Origin: Botryllus schlosseri
Lineage: Eukaryota
Assembly: GCA_051294905.1 (NCBI GenBank)
Contig: CM119372.1
Coordinates: 17,176,001 to 17,240,000 of the forward strand
Direction of reading: 5' to 3'
Length of the DNA stretch: 64,000 nucleotides
In this document: in pieces, positions 27,894 through 39,151 of the stretch
Layout: every line of letters starts with the position of its first letter
How positions within the stretch are numbered: the first letter of the stretch is position 1
The notes under the pieces: generated by a model
What the model was told of the DNA's origin: nothing
Seen by the model: the letters and a program-made list of their open reading frames with translations, nothing else
Database searches by the model: none
Translations under genes and position numbers: made by a program

Positions 27894-28583
27894 CTTCCAA
27901 CATCGGTTTCTCTCGTTTTTCGTGCGCCCGAAACTTGATCTGTTGCAGCCGACGTTTTTGGCTCGGCTCACTGGCACTACACATAACTAACCTACGTAGG
28001 TTAGTTATCTATACTGGCACTCTAGGACTTTTGAAACACTGCGATGGCAATAAGGTTAGCGATGATGAGCCCAGATAAACCTCCGACACATAATAGGATC
28101 GCTTGTGGCCGCTGGGCTTGGGATGCTTCAGTCAGGAGTGTGCAACCTGTAGGAGATGTCAGAAGTCAGACCAGCATTTCGGCACCAGTCATCTCCGCAC
28201 CACGACACACCAATACATCTAGAAAGTTTCGGCCAACAAGCGACTTTGCGAAATGCACTCCCAGAAGGATTGACGGTGATATATTCTTGACCATGGCTTA
28301 AGATGTATAGATTTTTGAAGACACCGTATTCGTGTCTGCCGTTCATATAGCTCTACTGATAAATCATATCACGTATATGCAGGTAGGCCTACCAATAACA
28401 TTGACTAAATCCATTCATTAAATTTGTGAATAAATCTACATTATTTTTCATAACATTATTATCAGCGAGTTTGGTGCGTAATAAGCCAGTAGCTATATAT
28501 AAACAGATAGTTTTGCGTTCGCGGTTTCCTATACACCAACTTTGTTCGTGAATCGCTTAATACCTGGTTCGCTACGGAAAAGA

Positions 28584-28619
28584 TGTGTATGTGTGTGTGT
28601 GTGTGTGTGTATGTGTGTG

Positions 28620-28660
<41 letters not shown>

Positions 28661-28670
28661 CTGTGTGTGT
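28584..28670. repeat. Compound (TG)n/(TA)n microsatellite
   Basis: Directly visible dinucleotide runs. Confidence 0.97.
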
Positions 28671-31600
28671 TTGAAATGAAACGTAACGGTAACGGTATAG
28701 AATTGCCCGTCGAATGACGGGGCGACGTTTTGTTGATCACTCAATGGGGGCTCAAGACCATCGTTGCGGGAATGGGGGGGTCGTTGCACTCATAAAATAT
28801 TGCCCCCCCCCTAAATATTTTTCTGTCTATGCCACTGTTCACACCGTGGACGTCCTTGAGATTCCTGTGAATCCGATAACTTGTCATGTGCGACTCAAAT
28901 GACAGGGAATTATTAGTACAAGTGACAAGTTGCTGGAATGTATGTTTAATTGTTTACACGCCCAAAATATTCTCTCACAGACACCTATAACATGGATATT
29001 TAGCAATCAGCATATTAGCATATATTATCATTGACAGAAAAAGCTACAGGTAGACGCTGATTGCGTGATGATTGTAATACAAACTGACATTTCAACTTGA
29101 TAGATTGTTAGGTGTAAGATTCCTCGGATAAAATCGCCAGAAATGATAAAATTCTCACAACATTCCAACTGATAGTGCTATCGACCTATATCGATGCATT
29201 ATGCATGTATTCGTTTGCGATAGACCAGTTCACCGCTCTATATCATTCTAGTGTGGTATTTTTATATATGTGACCACTGACCATGCGTATTGCGTATACA
29301 TGTAAACTTTTATGCCACCGTAACGATATAAAACGCAAAAATGCTAGCTAATGGTATAGTATGGCCTTTTGTAATTCAGGATTGCAATGCTGGCGCTGAT
29401 TTACTTTGAACTTGTTCAAAGCAACCCTACGCATTATCTAAAATGCATTTGATCGATTCTGAATTAGTGCGATTACTAAAGTCGCGTAGGTTACTCGCGG
29501 ATGACTAGCATCGTCATCGTCAGTCGCAAGCAGAGAGGGTCTATGGATCTGCAAAGGCTGTTATTATAGTTGAAAACGTTTAGAAGTGACATAATGTGTG
29601 TCAATTTTATTGTTTTGTGTGCCATTCATCGCATCAAATTGCCACCTATGCAGAGTATCATTCACGAAGAAACATTCTGCGCTGATCCTGGATCGTCACG
29701 GGGATTGAGAATGACTCGTTATACCATCCGTTCAAGCTGTTGTAGCCATAAGCACTTGCGGTACTGTGTGTTGAGGTATATTGTGCTTAGGTTCTGGTGA
29801 CCAACAGGCAATGGAGATCATGTGTTCGGGATTTCATGGATATCTCAGATATTAATGCAGGTCATGTTTCCGTCTTGCGTTGTTGTCAACGTATGAAGGA
29901 ACGTAGCAAATTAAACCATCGCATGGCAGGCATAGGCTGTATTGATTGAGTTTCCAATCGTTCCTGTTCAGATCCAGTGTATTCAGGTATATTCGATTAG
30001 TAGTACTACACTTTTCTGTATCCAGATCAGGCGGTAAATAAGTACAGGTCGCCCCGTGGATCTGAAATTGACAGTTACAGAAACGGGTATCGGTGAACCG
30101 TTCGGTTCGGTTTATCAGGAATTTCATCGGTTCAACACAAAAATTGCGATACAATGAAAAGATAGGAAGGAGTCGAACCGACTTGGAGTAGTCTTTGAAG
30201 ACAGGCACCCACCTTGGCCTAGGCGATGTAAAGAGGAGGCATGCACACTGAATGAAAAGTAAAAGAAGATAATATAGAAAAGCAAGTGACAAAAAGGAGG
30301 TGGCATATCACAGAAAGTTTTCTGCTGTTCTGCCTCAGTCTTCAATCAGAAGCCCCGACAGCGCAAATAAACTGCGGTTACCAACGAAGCCTCACTAAAA
30401 CAGCATGTATAGCCCCACACGTCCGTATTAGTTCTGATATAATCTATTAGAAAGTACATGGCAGCGGGAGCTTGGTATCTTGGTTTGTCTATATTGCATA
30501 GACATCGGGTGATTGACGTAAGCAAGTTAAATTTACGTACTTACAAAATTTCTTTTTGGAATCGCATAGCTCGTATATATCGTATGGTAAGAGTTAGGTA
30601 GATTTATTACTATGCCTCGCAACTAGCAGCTACCAATTGTCCCGATTCGTCTTCTCAAAATTCTTTAAATTATTCTAATATATGTTTGAACATTAATTAT
30701 TCAGCAGTCTGAGCAAAGGTGCCTTGCTTCCGGAACTTTTACAAGATGAAGCATATCAAATGTACAATATGTCGCGCTTACCGTACCGCGTATACGTTTG
30801 CGTTTTGTATATTGATATTACCTTTGAATACAAAGCGAGCATATTTTCGAATGACAATGACGGCACTGCCACAATACGCGCATTTACTGGTAGCGCGAAT
30901 CGAATCCACTCGATCTTATCCAAGTAAGCAGCAATTCAAACGATCGATCACTAAATCACGCCAACCAACTTCATGCAGTTTCTCGTATGTACTCGCGCTG
31001 GACAGTTCACAGCTGATAAAAATGTAGTTCACAGTTCAAAATTTGCTGTCACCAACAAGTGTGAAGAAATATCATGAATGAATCTGCTATCCATACACCG
31101 CACCATTTACGCGTTTCAGTATTATCGTTTTTGAAAATGATAATATATGGCAGTGATTCTCAAAAGGGAGGGGTAATTTCATATAACTTTAAATTAGTTT
31201 ACGTTGAAAATTCTACCGCACGACCGCATCTTCGGTGTAAAATATTTAGGGCAGATAAAGACAAGCCAAGAATTCTAGACTGATCATTTTAGTTAGAACT
31301 ACAGGATTTCTAAAATTTAGAATTCCTTTGTTAGTAATATGGGGAGGAATGAATATTTCCAAAATGGGCAAAGGGGAAAGTAAAACAAAGATTCGGAACC
31401 ACTGATATATTGGATTGCGACAGGCACTGATGGGTCTATCTTGGGATCATGACCATTTTATAGGCATTATGGGACACGGCAATATAGGGATTTGGGAGCC
31501 GATGTAATACCATGATAAGATGTTTGAATATGAACCGCCAGTTTGAAATTCTTCAGGAAGGGATTTGGGAAAAATGAATCGGAAATGCACAAGAAGATTT

Positions 31601-31753
31601 ACGCCCAAACTGTGGGTAATCCTTGCAAACATTTACCATTTGACACCGGTTTTCATTTCTATACAGATTTTGCATATTCTTAATATGCTGCCAGAATTGT
31701 AATATTATATCTAAAATGTTTCGCGGACATAATCATCAACCTGCATCGCAAGC

Positions 31754-33211
31754 ATGAGGTCTGACGAGCAGCAGACCAGATGGCTCGTAATGCCGTTGGT
31801 GGTTTACTTCTTCGTCGCGGAAGGATTCACCGAAGCATTCTTCGGACAAATCAACGTGATCGTCGCCCGTTATTTTGGAATCCAAATACAAGCCGTGGAT
31901 TGGTTCACGCTAACGCCGATGATATCGTGCGGGGTGGCGTTGTTCGTAATGACGTGCTCGATCTCCACCAGTCCATTTCAAGTGCGAAAGTGGTGTCTCA
32001 CGTCTGCCGCGCTGCTCGATTTCACATTCCTCTTTCTAATTGCCGCCTGGGTAGTTCGTTGCAGACAATTTATTGCCTTTGCCATTATCGGACAGCTATT
32101 GTCGGGCGTGGCAAGCGCGATAACTTACTCTCTCGCGGCTGCTGTTGTCAGATCGTGGTTTCCACAAAAACACTGGCTGGCCTCTCTCAGTCTTTTTCAC
32201 ACAGCTCGCGATTTCGGACACATACTGGGACTTGTTGTGCCCGCTAGCACTCTATCAGGTATAACCACAGGCCCGATGAATCTCGAAACATCCCCGCATC
32301 AACCGACCGACGACTGGCCGAGAGAGGTCGCTGTCCAAATGATTGCCGTCTTCTCCTCGTTCCTAACTATTTCGACGATCGCCAGTTTTGCAAGTTACCT
32401 CTTTGTCTATAATCCTCCGCCGTCAACAGAGTCGTCAGATGAACCGGAACGCCTCAACACGGAGGTTATTGGAAGATATCGCAGCGACGGCGTACCCAGC
32501 GGTTATCGCGCGGGCATATTAAAAACATGGGAGAAGGCGAGCATGATAATCTCGAAGTGGCTGCGAACCTCAAAGGATTTGCTGCAAGCCAAGCTTTTCC
32601 TAGCCCTGGCTTTATCATTTTCACTAATGAAATCCATTACGATTATGTGGTACATTCTAGCCTCCGACATGTTTTCTCGCTACTCCGAATTTGCGACGCT
32701 AAGAAATGGGTCCTACGTGTCGCCCGAAATGACATGGTCAGATATCAAAATTGCGGGGTATTCTTCAGACACCCTATCCGGATGCGCCATGACAATCCAT
32801 GCTGGCATAAGTTTCATAACCGGTGGAATAGCCTACAAGGTCTTGAGAAACTCGCGCACTTGCACTTGCACCGCTTTCGTTGGCGTAGCTGGGATCACAT
32901 TATCTTTGGCTGGATTGCTAATTTGTTTTAACTTCCATATCGTGTGTGGGATATTCATATTCATGCTTCCATTCGGCGCATTCAATGTAATAGTATGTAC
33001 TGCGATACTTTCGCGTATCGAAAAGCATGTGCCGGACTCAACCATTGTAATTCGATATACCTGGATTAATATGTTCTCGTCCTTTCTGGCATTCCTATTG
33101 CCCATTGTGAGTCGGAAGATATTCAGTCGATCGGGTAGCATAGGCGTGATCGCATTCCAAATTTTTCAATGCTTCATAGTTGGGATATTCTTACTTTTTA
33201 CGGTGAAATAG
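31754..33211 (+). CDS. Major facilitator superfamily transporter, divergent FLVCR/SLC49-like, intronless CDS
   Basis: 485-aa ORF with about 12 hydrophobic segments in two halves separated by a polar loop. VDWFT, GQLLSG and RSWFP motifs resemble FLVCR IDWLS, GQ and WFG. A probable 5'UTR acceptor lies at 31666. Confidence 0.85.
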   Translation: MRSDEQQTRWLVMPLVVYFFVAEGFTEAFFGQINVIVARYFGIQIQAVDWFTLTPMISCGVALFVMTCSISTSPFQVRKWCLTSAALLDFTFLFLIAAWVVRCRQFIAFAIIGQLLSGVASAITYSLAAAVVRSWFPQKHWLASLSLFHTARDFGHILGLVVPASTLSGITTGPMNLETSPHQPTDDWPREVAVQMIAVFSSFLTISTIASFASYLFVYNPPPSTESSDEPERLNTEVIGRYRSDGVPSGYRAGILKTWEKASMIISKWLRTSKDLLQAKLFLALALSFSLMKSITIMWYILASDMFSRYSEFATLRNGSYVSPEMTWSDIKIAGYSSDTLSGCAMTIHAGISFITGGIAYKVLRNSRTCTCTAFVGVAGITLSLAGLLICFNFHIVCGIFIFMLPFGAFNVIVCTAILSRIEKHVPDSTIVIRYTWINMFSSFLAFLLPIVSRKIFSRSGSIGVIAFQIFQCFIVGIFLLFTVK

Positions 33212-33237
33212 CATCAGTCGAGAGTCAAGAATTATAG

Positions 33238-33482
33238 CAGAGATGACCACAATCCGATTTTAACGTAGCTGGACTGGATATGGATTTTGAATTTCCGTTC
33301 ACATTCGGATTTTAGCAGGATTTTTCCACGAAATATGAAAAATCAGCATGATTATTACAGGATATTTTCGGGCTCTATATTGGAAATTCACCAGCTGGAT
33401 TTTTTTCTGACTCTGAATTTCAAATTGCCATCCGGAAACGGATGAATTCGAATTCGGAAATACGGGAATCTGAACATCTCTG
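33238..33482. mobile_element. Small GGATT-repeat MITE just downstream of the MFS stop codon
   Basis: TIR cagagatg/catctctg with ggatt motifs; no clear TSD. Confidence 0.55.
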
Positions 33483-33895
33483 ATCCGAAGTCGTCGTCAC
33501 ATATGGATCTCACAACGATTACTCCATCGAAGCTCTAATTTCCATCACTGAAGACCATGTTCATGAAATGTAAATCATGTGTTTACCTAGTTTGCTGGTC
33601 AAATTATGACTAATTCCATCTATATTTGTATGATGTAAATTGTACAACCGTGTTATTCGTTATGTTACACTTGTAAATAGATATCACTGTTGATAGCATT
33701 ATATTTTGGAGAATAATACTTTCACCTCGTTTCATGGCAGATTGCTTACCTATATGGATGTGTAAATACTAGTGTCCTGCTATATTTGCAACGCATAATA
33801 ATCCTATCGATTGTCGTCAGCTGATCAACAAAACATGGAATATTGAAGAATACTCATTTTGATACCGGTTTGTTGTTCGGTACATTGGTCCAAAT

Positions 33896-34167
33896 GTGGC
33901 GGGATGGCGTAGTGGTATAACCCACAGCTATACAACACCAATGGGTTGTGGGTTCCAGTTCGAGTCCGACCAAGGTCGGCTCCAGAATTCCTGTTGGAGG
34001 TTTATCTAGGATTTCCTCCCGATCTCATCTGTGTAAGCGGTGTCTTAAAAAAGCTTACAAATGGGCCGTGCTACAAGTCGGAAGCAACAAATTAAATAAT
34101 TAAAAATATCGGCCTGGTGTAAATGACCATTGTAGTCGACATGTACCATGAATACCACAAACAAACA
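33896..34167 (+). mobile_element. tRNA-derived SINE family A
   Basis: A box tggcgtagtgg, B box gttcgagtcc, caaa tail and TSD attggtccaaa(a)t. Paralogues at 50080-50347 (-) and 52201-52441 (+). Confidence 0.85.
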
Positions 34168-34566
34168 ATTGGTCCAAAATATGAAAATCTGTTCGGTGGA
34201 AAATACTGATAAAGTGTGGTTGAATAGGTGTTTGATTGTTTCCGACTGGACCAATACCGTGTAAGGATTTTTCAATAGCGGGCAACCGATAACACTGGTC
34301 AACACAATTTTTGTTGACTTTGATTAGACAATTGATTTTGACTAACTTTTGGGCGCTGAATTAAAAAACGACTTCCGTTTTTCTCCATCACGCCAAGTTT
34401 TTGGGTTAGGCACCCACCACATTGTCTCATAACCCCCATAATAGCACCACGTTTAATATTTTGTGTTTATTGTATGAAACGTTTCAAAAACCACGAGCAT
34501 GCAGTCGAAAGTAAATCAATAGACTTCAAATAAACATTTGCACTGCTTTATTTGGTTGATCTAAAC

Positions 34567-36990
34567 CAGTGGTTCTTAACCTTTTTTCTTCCAGCGCCCC
34601 CTTTTAAAAATTATTGTGCTCCAGCGCCCCCCAACTTCATATTGTCAGTAATGTAATAAAGACAATGAGTAAGAGGGAGGGCCGTAACAGCACTTCGTCA
34701 ACCCCCCTCAAAACGATTGCCTTGCGCACCCATAGCGTGATAAACCAAATTTCTGAGGGCTTCGCCCCCACGAATCCCATGGCGTACGGATTTCGATGGT
34801 CAGCAAAGTTTGTGTGGCCTGGTCGCCCTAGGTACCAAAATTTTCTATAATGCATGAATGAATAGTTGGTAATCACATCGCTATAAACTTCTTATCCTCT
34901 CAGCCCACGTAATCAGATTTACCAGTAGCTCTGAGTGAGCTGTTGTATAGGAAAATAACAGGTACGTAATTGATAATTAAACATATTCGGGCGTGCCTGA
35001 AGATACAATTATTCGTCACCAGGGCCGTAAACAGCGCTTCGTCAGCCCCCCCCCCAAACAAGAAACGTTGGTCCTGGGCCCCCATCGGGTGATAAACCAA
35101 ACTTCCGGGGGACTTCACTCCCATACTCCCATAAGGCTGTCCGCTATTTGCTGATAGCCTATTAGGTATCTACATTGGGTGTCCATTTACTGAGGCAGCT
35201 ATTCTCGCCTAGCCGCGTGAAGTGCGAAAAATTTCACTAATTAAAGATTGAATTGGTCAATATCATCGGGAATTGCATGTAAATTGAGATCAATTTTTAT
35301 CCTCTCTCTGCTCACGTAAACACATTTACCGGTAGAGCTGAGTGAGATGCAATGTGCCCTCTAAGCTGCGCACGTGCGCAGTGCTGACACGGTCTCTGCG
35401 CACAGAAAATCTACGTTGCGCACAATAAATCCGGAGTTATTACCTTTTTTTAGTCGTTACGCACTGTTGTCCAAGGGTCAGCGCAGTGAGTTGTTGAGTG
35501 TGCGCAGACTCATCAAAACTTAAAGCGGAGATTGTGAGGTTTCCTGGAAACTGTAGGGCCCGTTACTAATAATTAAACATATTCGGGCGGGCGAACCCGT
35601 CGGTATGACTTCGTTGCATGATGTTATTTCGTGACCCCCTGTCTGCAATATCAAAAAATATAGAATCGCTCAACGGGGATATCGCCCAACAGGAATACCC
35701 CTGTCGCCCAATCGTACCAGTGTTGGGATGACTCGAGTCATGACTTGCCTCAAGTCAGACTCGAGTCACTTTTTTCGTATGACTTGACTTGACTCGAGTC
35801 ACTTTGCTAAAATGACTTGACTTGACTTGACTCGGCGCATCAGAAATGTGAATTGACTCGTGACTCGGAGCGAAATTCACGAGTCAATTTCAAGTCATCA
35901 AGTAATCGGTGTCAATAATCACTGTATCTTGCATATGTTCGGATTGTTCGCGAACTGCTGGTCTGAACCGTGAGAGCTTATGTCGTCGTAAACTAGTAGT
36001 AAAGTAATTTAATATATATTTCTGTAATCTGTTCTCACCTTAACCTAACCTCTTGTTTCATTGAAATTGGATAGAGTTTATATAGTTCTCAACCATCGGC
36101 ACAAGCTCGAATTGTATCATATCAATTTGTAAATGGGTAATTTATTGCATCTTATCAATTCGTTTTTCTATTCTCTATTTTGGCTGGTAACTGTATAAAC
36201 TGAGGCTATATGCAATCACTTGCGTAGTTTACCAGTTCTACGTAGGCCTATATGCGAGCGATACAACGGCTTCTTGCTTGTATGTTTAACTCTATATTCG
36301 TTCATCGGTTTAGAATCAATGACCACTCAATCTGTATTTCAGACAGCTAGCAAAATGCAATGACGTAAACATGCCGTTTACGTCGAAAAGGCAACATGAC
36401 TTGAATTGTGACTTGACTCGTGACTTGACTTGACTTGACTTGACTCGACTTGACTCGAGTCACCTCCAAAAATCGAGTGACTTGACTTGACTCGAGACAC
36501 CTCCAAAAATCGACTGACTTGACTTGACTCGAGTCAAAATGTGCAATGACTCGAAGTGACTCGTGACTCGAAGGTAGTGACTTGATCCCGACACTGAATC
36601 GTACTAAACTAAAAGACGCACACGATTTCAGATTGGTATTTTTTCACTGACATATAATTTTTCCCTGCCAGATGGAATTCGTCTTCTGGGGTTCAGATTG
36701 CCAAGACAGGAACATTCGGTGTCAGTCATTTAGGCGCCCATGGACAATTAAACCTATATGTATTTTGAAGGCTATATGTGACGAAGTTTTCGGTGTTAAT
36801 TTGCTCTGAATACTCATTAAGGATATGTCCCATCAACACATCATCTACTGCGAAGCCATTTTTCTCCAGCGCCCCCCATACCGCCCCCCTGAGCCCAGCG
36901 CCCCCCATATCGCCCCCTGAGCGTTTCCGCCCCCCTTCAAAATCGCCAGCGCCCCCTGGGGGGCGCTGGGGGCAAGGTTAAGAACCACTG
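34567..36990. mobile_element. hAT (Charlie/Buster-type) element with nested insertions
   Basis: Perfect TIR cagtggttcttaacc, TSD atctaaac and cgcccc subterminal repeats. It contains a small MITE at 35350-35534. Confidence 0.9.
35718..36596. mobile_element. GACTT hAT-like element, copy 2
   Basis: TIR cagtgttgggat with 8-bp TSD aatcgtac. The empty site is visible in the paralogous host at about 8250. Confidence 0.92.
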
Positions 36991-38508
36991 ATCTAAACTG
37001 ATATTGCTGCTACAGGACAAATAAAGTGCGAGTTTCAGGGTCCAAATTTACGCTAATGACCAATAATTCTATAGGTTGTCTAGTTTGATATACTCGAGCA
37101 ATAGTGAGTTAACATATGTAAGCTCCCATCTACTCTGGTACCTTATTCCCATCATCTTCAGATGTTGGGAGACAATTTCTCCTCATCCATCTCTCACTAT
37201 GTCAAGGTTTTCAGGGAAATTATATACATAATTTAGCTTTTTTTTAAATGTCTGTTGTCCGACATAAACAAATGACCGTGGCACATGTGTATCAGGGTTA
37301 CATGTGCATGTGCATCCTTGTTGTCTGACCACAAAGAAAACACAGTATTTCAAAGCTGACACATATGATCCAATCTTGATATTTCATCAATTGAATGTTT
37401 CTGTATAATTCACGAAGAATAACTGAGTGTGCAATTGTTACTGCTTTTAAGACGTTGGCATTTTGGCGAATGCCACACTTAAGATTCTTTTTGAGCTACC
37501 TGTAGGCATCTGCCATTCACTTGAGTTGTAAATCGGGATTCCTAACTTCTCCAGTAACCCATGGTAACAGTATCACGCCAATGCTAGTATCACGGCCATA
37601 CACAAAGCTACCGAAAGTAGGCCTACGAAGAAAAGGCTGTTTCTCCTGATCGAAAGTGAGATACTTTCTCTACCTTGCCAAGTAATCTTTTCTCACATCG
37701 TAAGGATGTTGAAAGTTCCTGCTATCTCTAAGATCTTCATCTTGATCCAGATTATCGAGCGTATAGAAGTTTCAAGTTCGACTGGATAAGCTAAATGGGG
37801 CGTTGGACCTATAGCTGATAGTAAATGTAATATTTATTTTTCTTGTGAAATATCCTCGGATAATTGCATCCTCTAACCAAAAATGATTGAAAGCATCGGC
37901 CTAGGTCGATACCAGTATACCTTTTTTCTTGATAATTCAATTGAGCCCTTGGCTACTTAACTTTTATGTGGTAAAAGTGTGGATTTTATAGGGTATAGAA
38001 AAGTGTTACGGCTAAATTCGTGAAAATTTGCATATTTTGGGCATATGGCGTAGAGCAAAAACTAGACGTGATGAAAGAAAACCAACGGTATTTTTGGAAT
38101 CAGCACGCCAAAATTAGCCTAAATCAAGTGCAAAATCAAAGTCAACAAATTTTCCCTTCAAAATTGTTGCACAGTGTAATCTAATTTCAAATGATCAGGC
38201 AATTCAAAGAGAACCAGTTGACCAGCGATTTAGTGTTGCAGGTAGCTGAATAATGACTATCCATTCATCGTTGAACAGTCTGCGACCCACTAAGCAGCTG
38301 GAAAAGGTCAAACAATTTGCATAAAGGTTTAAATCAGCTGAAGCGACGAACTTTCTTGAAACCAGGGTTTCGTAATAATCATTCAATCGCCGGATATCAA
38401 GTACCGATTCAATTTGTATCACATCGGCTTCGTAATGTCAACGCGCACTTGCAAGTCAATTTGCTGATGGCATGTAGCAAACATTGGAGTAGCATTTCAA
38501 GAAATATT

Positions 38509-38585
38509 ATGTTTCGGCCACTTTTAATTTTTGCGTTGGTATTAATGTGCAAAGGAGTTGTCTTTGAAAAGGTATGCAGCAAATG
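38509..38585 (+). CDS. Alpha-2-macroglobulin/TEP-family gene exon 1 (signal peptide)
   Basis: MFRPLLIFALVLMCKG signal peptide. The tg|gtaagt phase-2 donor fits the phase-2 acceptor at 47194. Confidence 0.72.
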
Positions 38586-39151
38586 GTAAGTACTGTTACA
38601 TATACTCTAACGTGCCGGCAATTTCCCCACTAGGACACACCAAGACATATGAAGTTTGGGATAACATGGGACTGCGCCAAATGTGGACTCAAAAAGATCG
38701 GACGCGATAAAACCCAAGCCTAGAACGACCGCCGTACGTTAGCCAATACCTTTGATATTGATGTGAAACCAATTCTATCAAATCTCTCGGTAAATCTGAT
38801 CGCGTGGGTTGAGAGAGGACAAAAAGTAATAGTAATATATGCAAGCATAAGCGCCGAGTTACGGGGTGGCGGGGTGGCGCAGCCACCCCATGACACTTTT
38901 ATGGTGTGGCGGCCATCCCATATACAATAGGATTAAACGCTGTCAATTAGCCAGTCCGTGATAGCGCGTAAATGCAAACTATTTACCTTTAACCACTAGG
39001 AGCGCGAATACTTGAATATGCAGCTTTGTTGGCGACAACGAACTAATGCTTAAAACGCCCCCATAAATTGTAATCAGACAATCGAAGCGACCTCGTTTAC
39101 AACGTCGATTTCGACACGCTTGCGCTGAGAAACACCATCTCCTCTCTCGAC

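Larger units (their letters stand above)
34293..38176 (+). mobile_element. Decayed Chapaev3-like (CMC) DNA transposon
   Basis: TIR cactggtcaac/gttgcacagtg, matching subterminal blocks and a 3-bp TAA TSD. A faint relic of the HQDI..E.R.QG.W..M..DY.W motif appears near 37740-37820. Confidence 0.65.

Noticed and set aside
29852..30345. 146-aa and 73-aa ORFs with signal-like N-termini
   Set aside because: They have non-ATG starts, and the 30115-30305 part is a retroelement 3' end repeated at 18403 and 60960.
31780..33141. Overlapping alternative-frame and antisense ORFs in the MFS gene
   Set aside because: Shadow ORFs of a real CDS with no recognisable motifs.
33896..33975. tRNA gene
   Set aside because: It is the head of a TSD-flanked SINE present in three copies.
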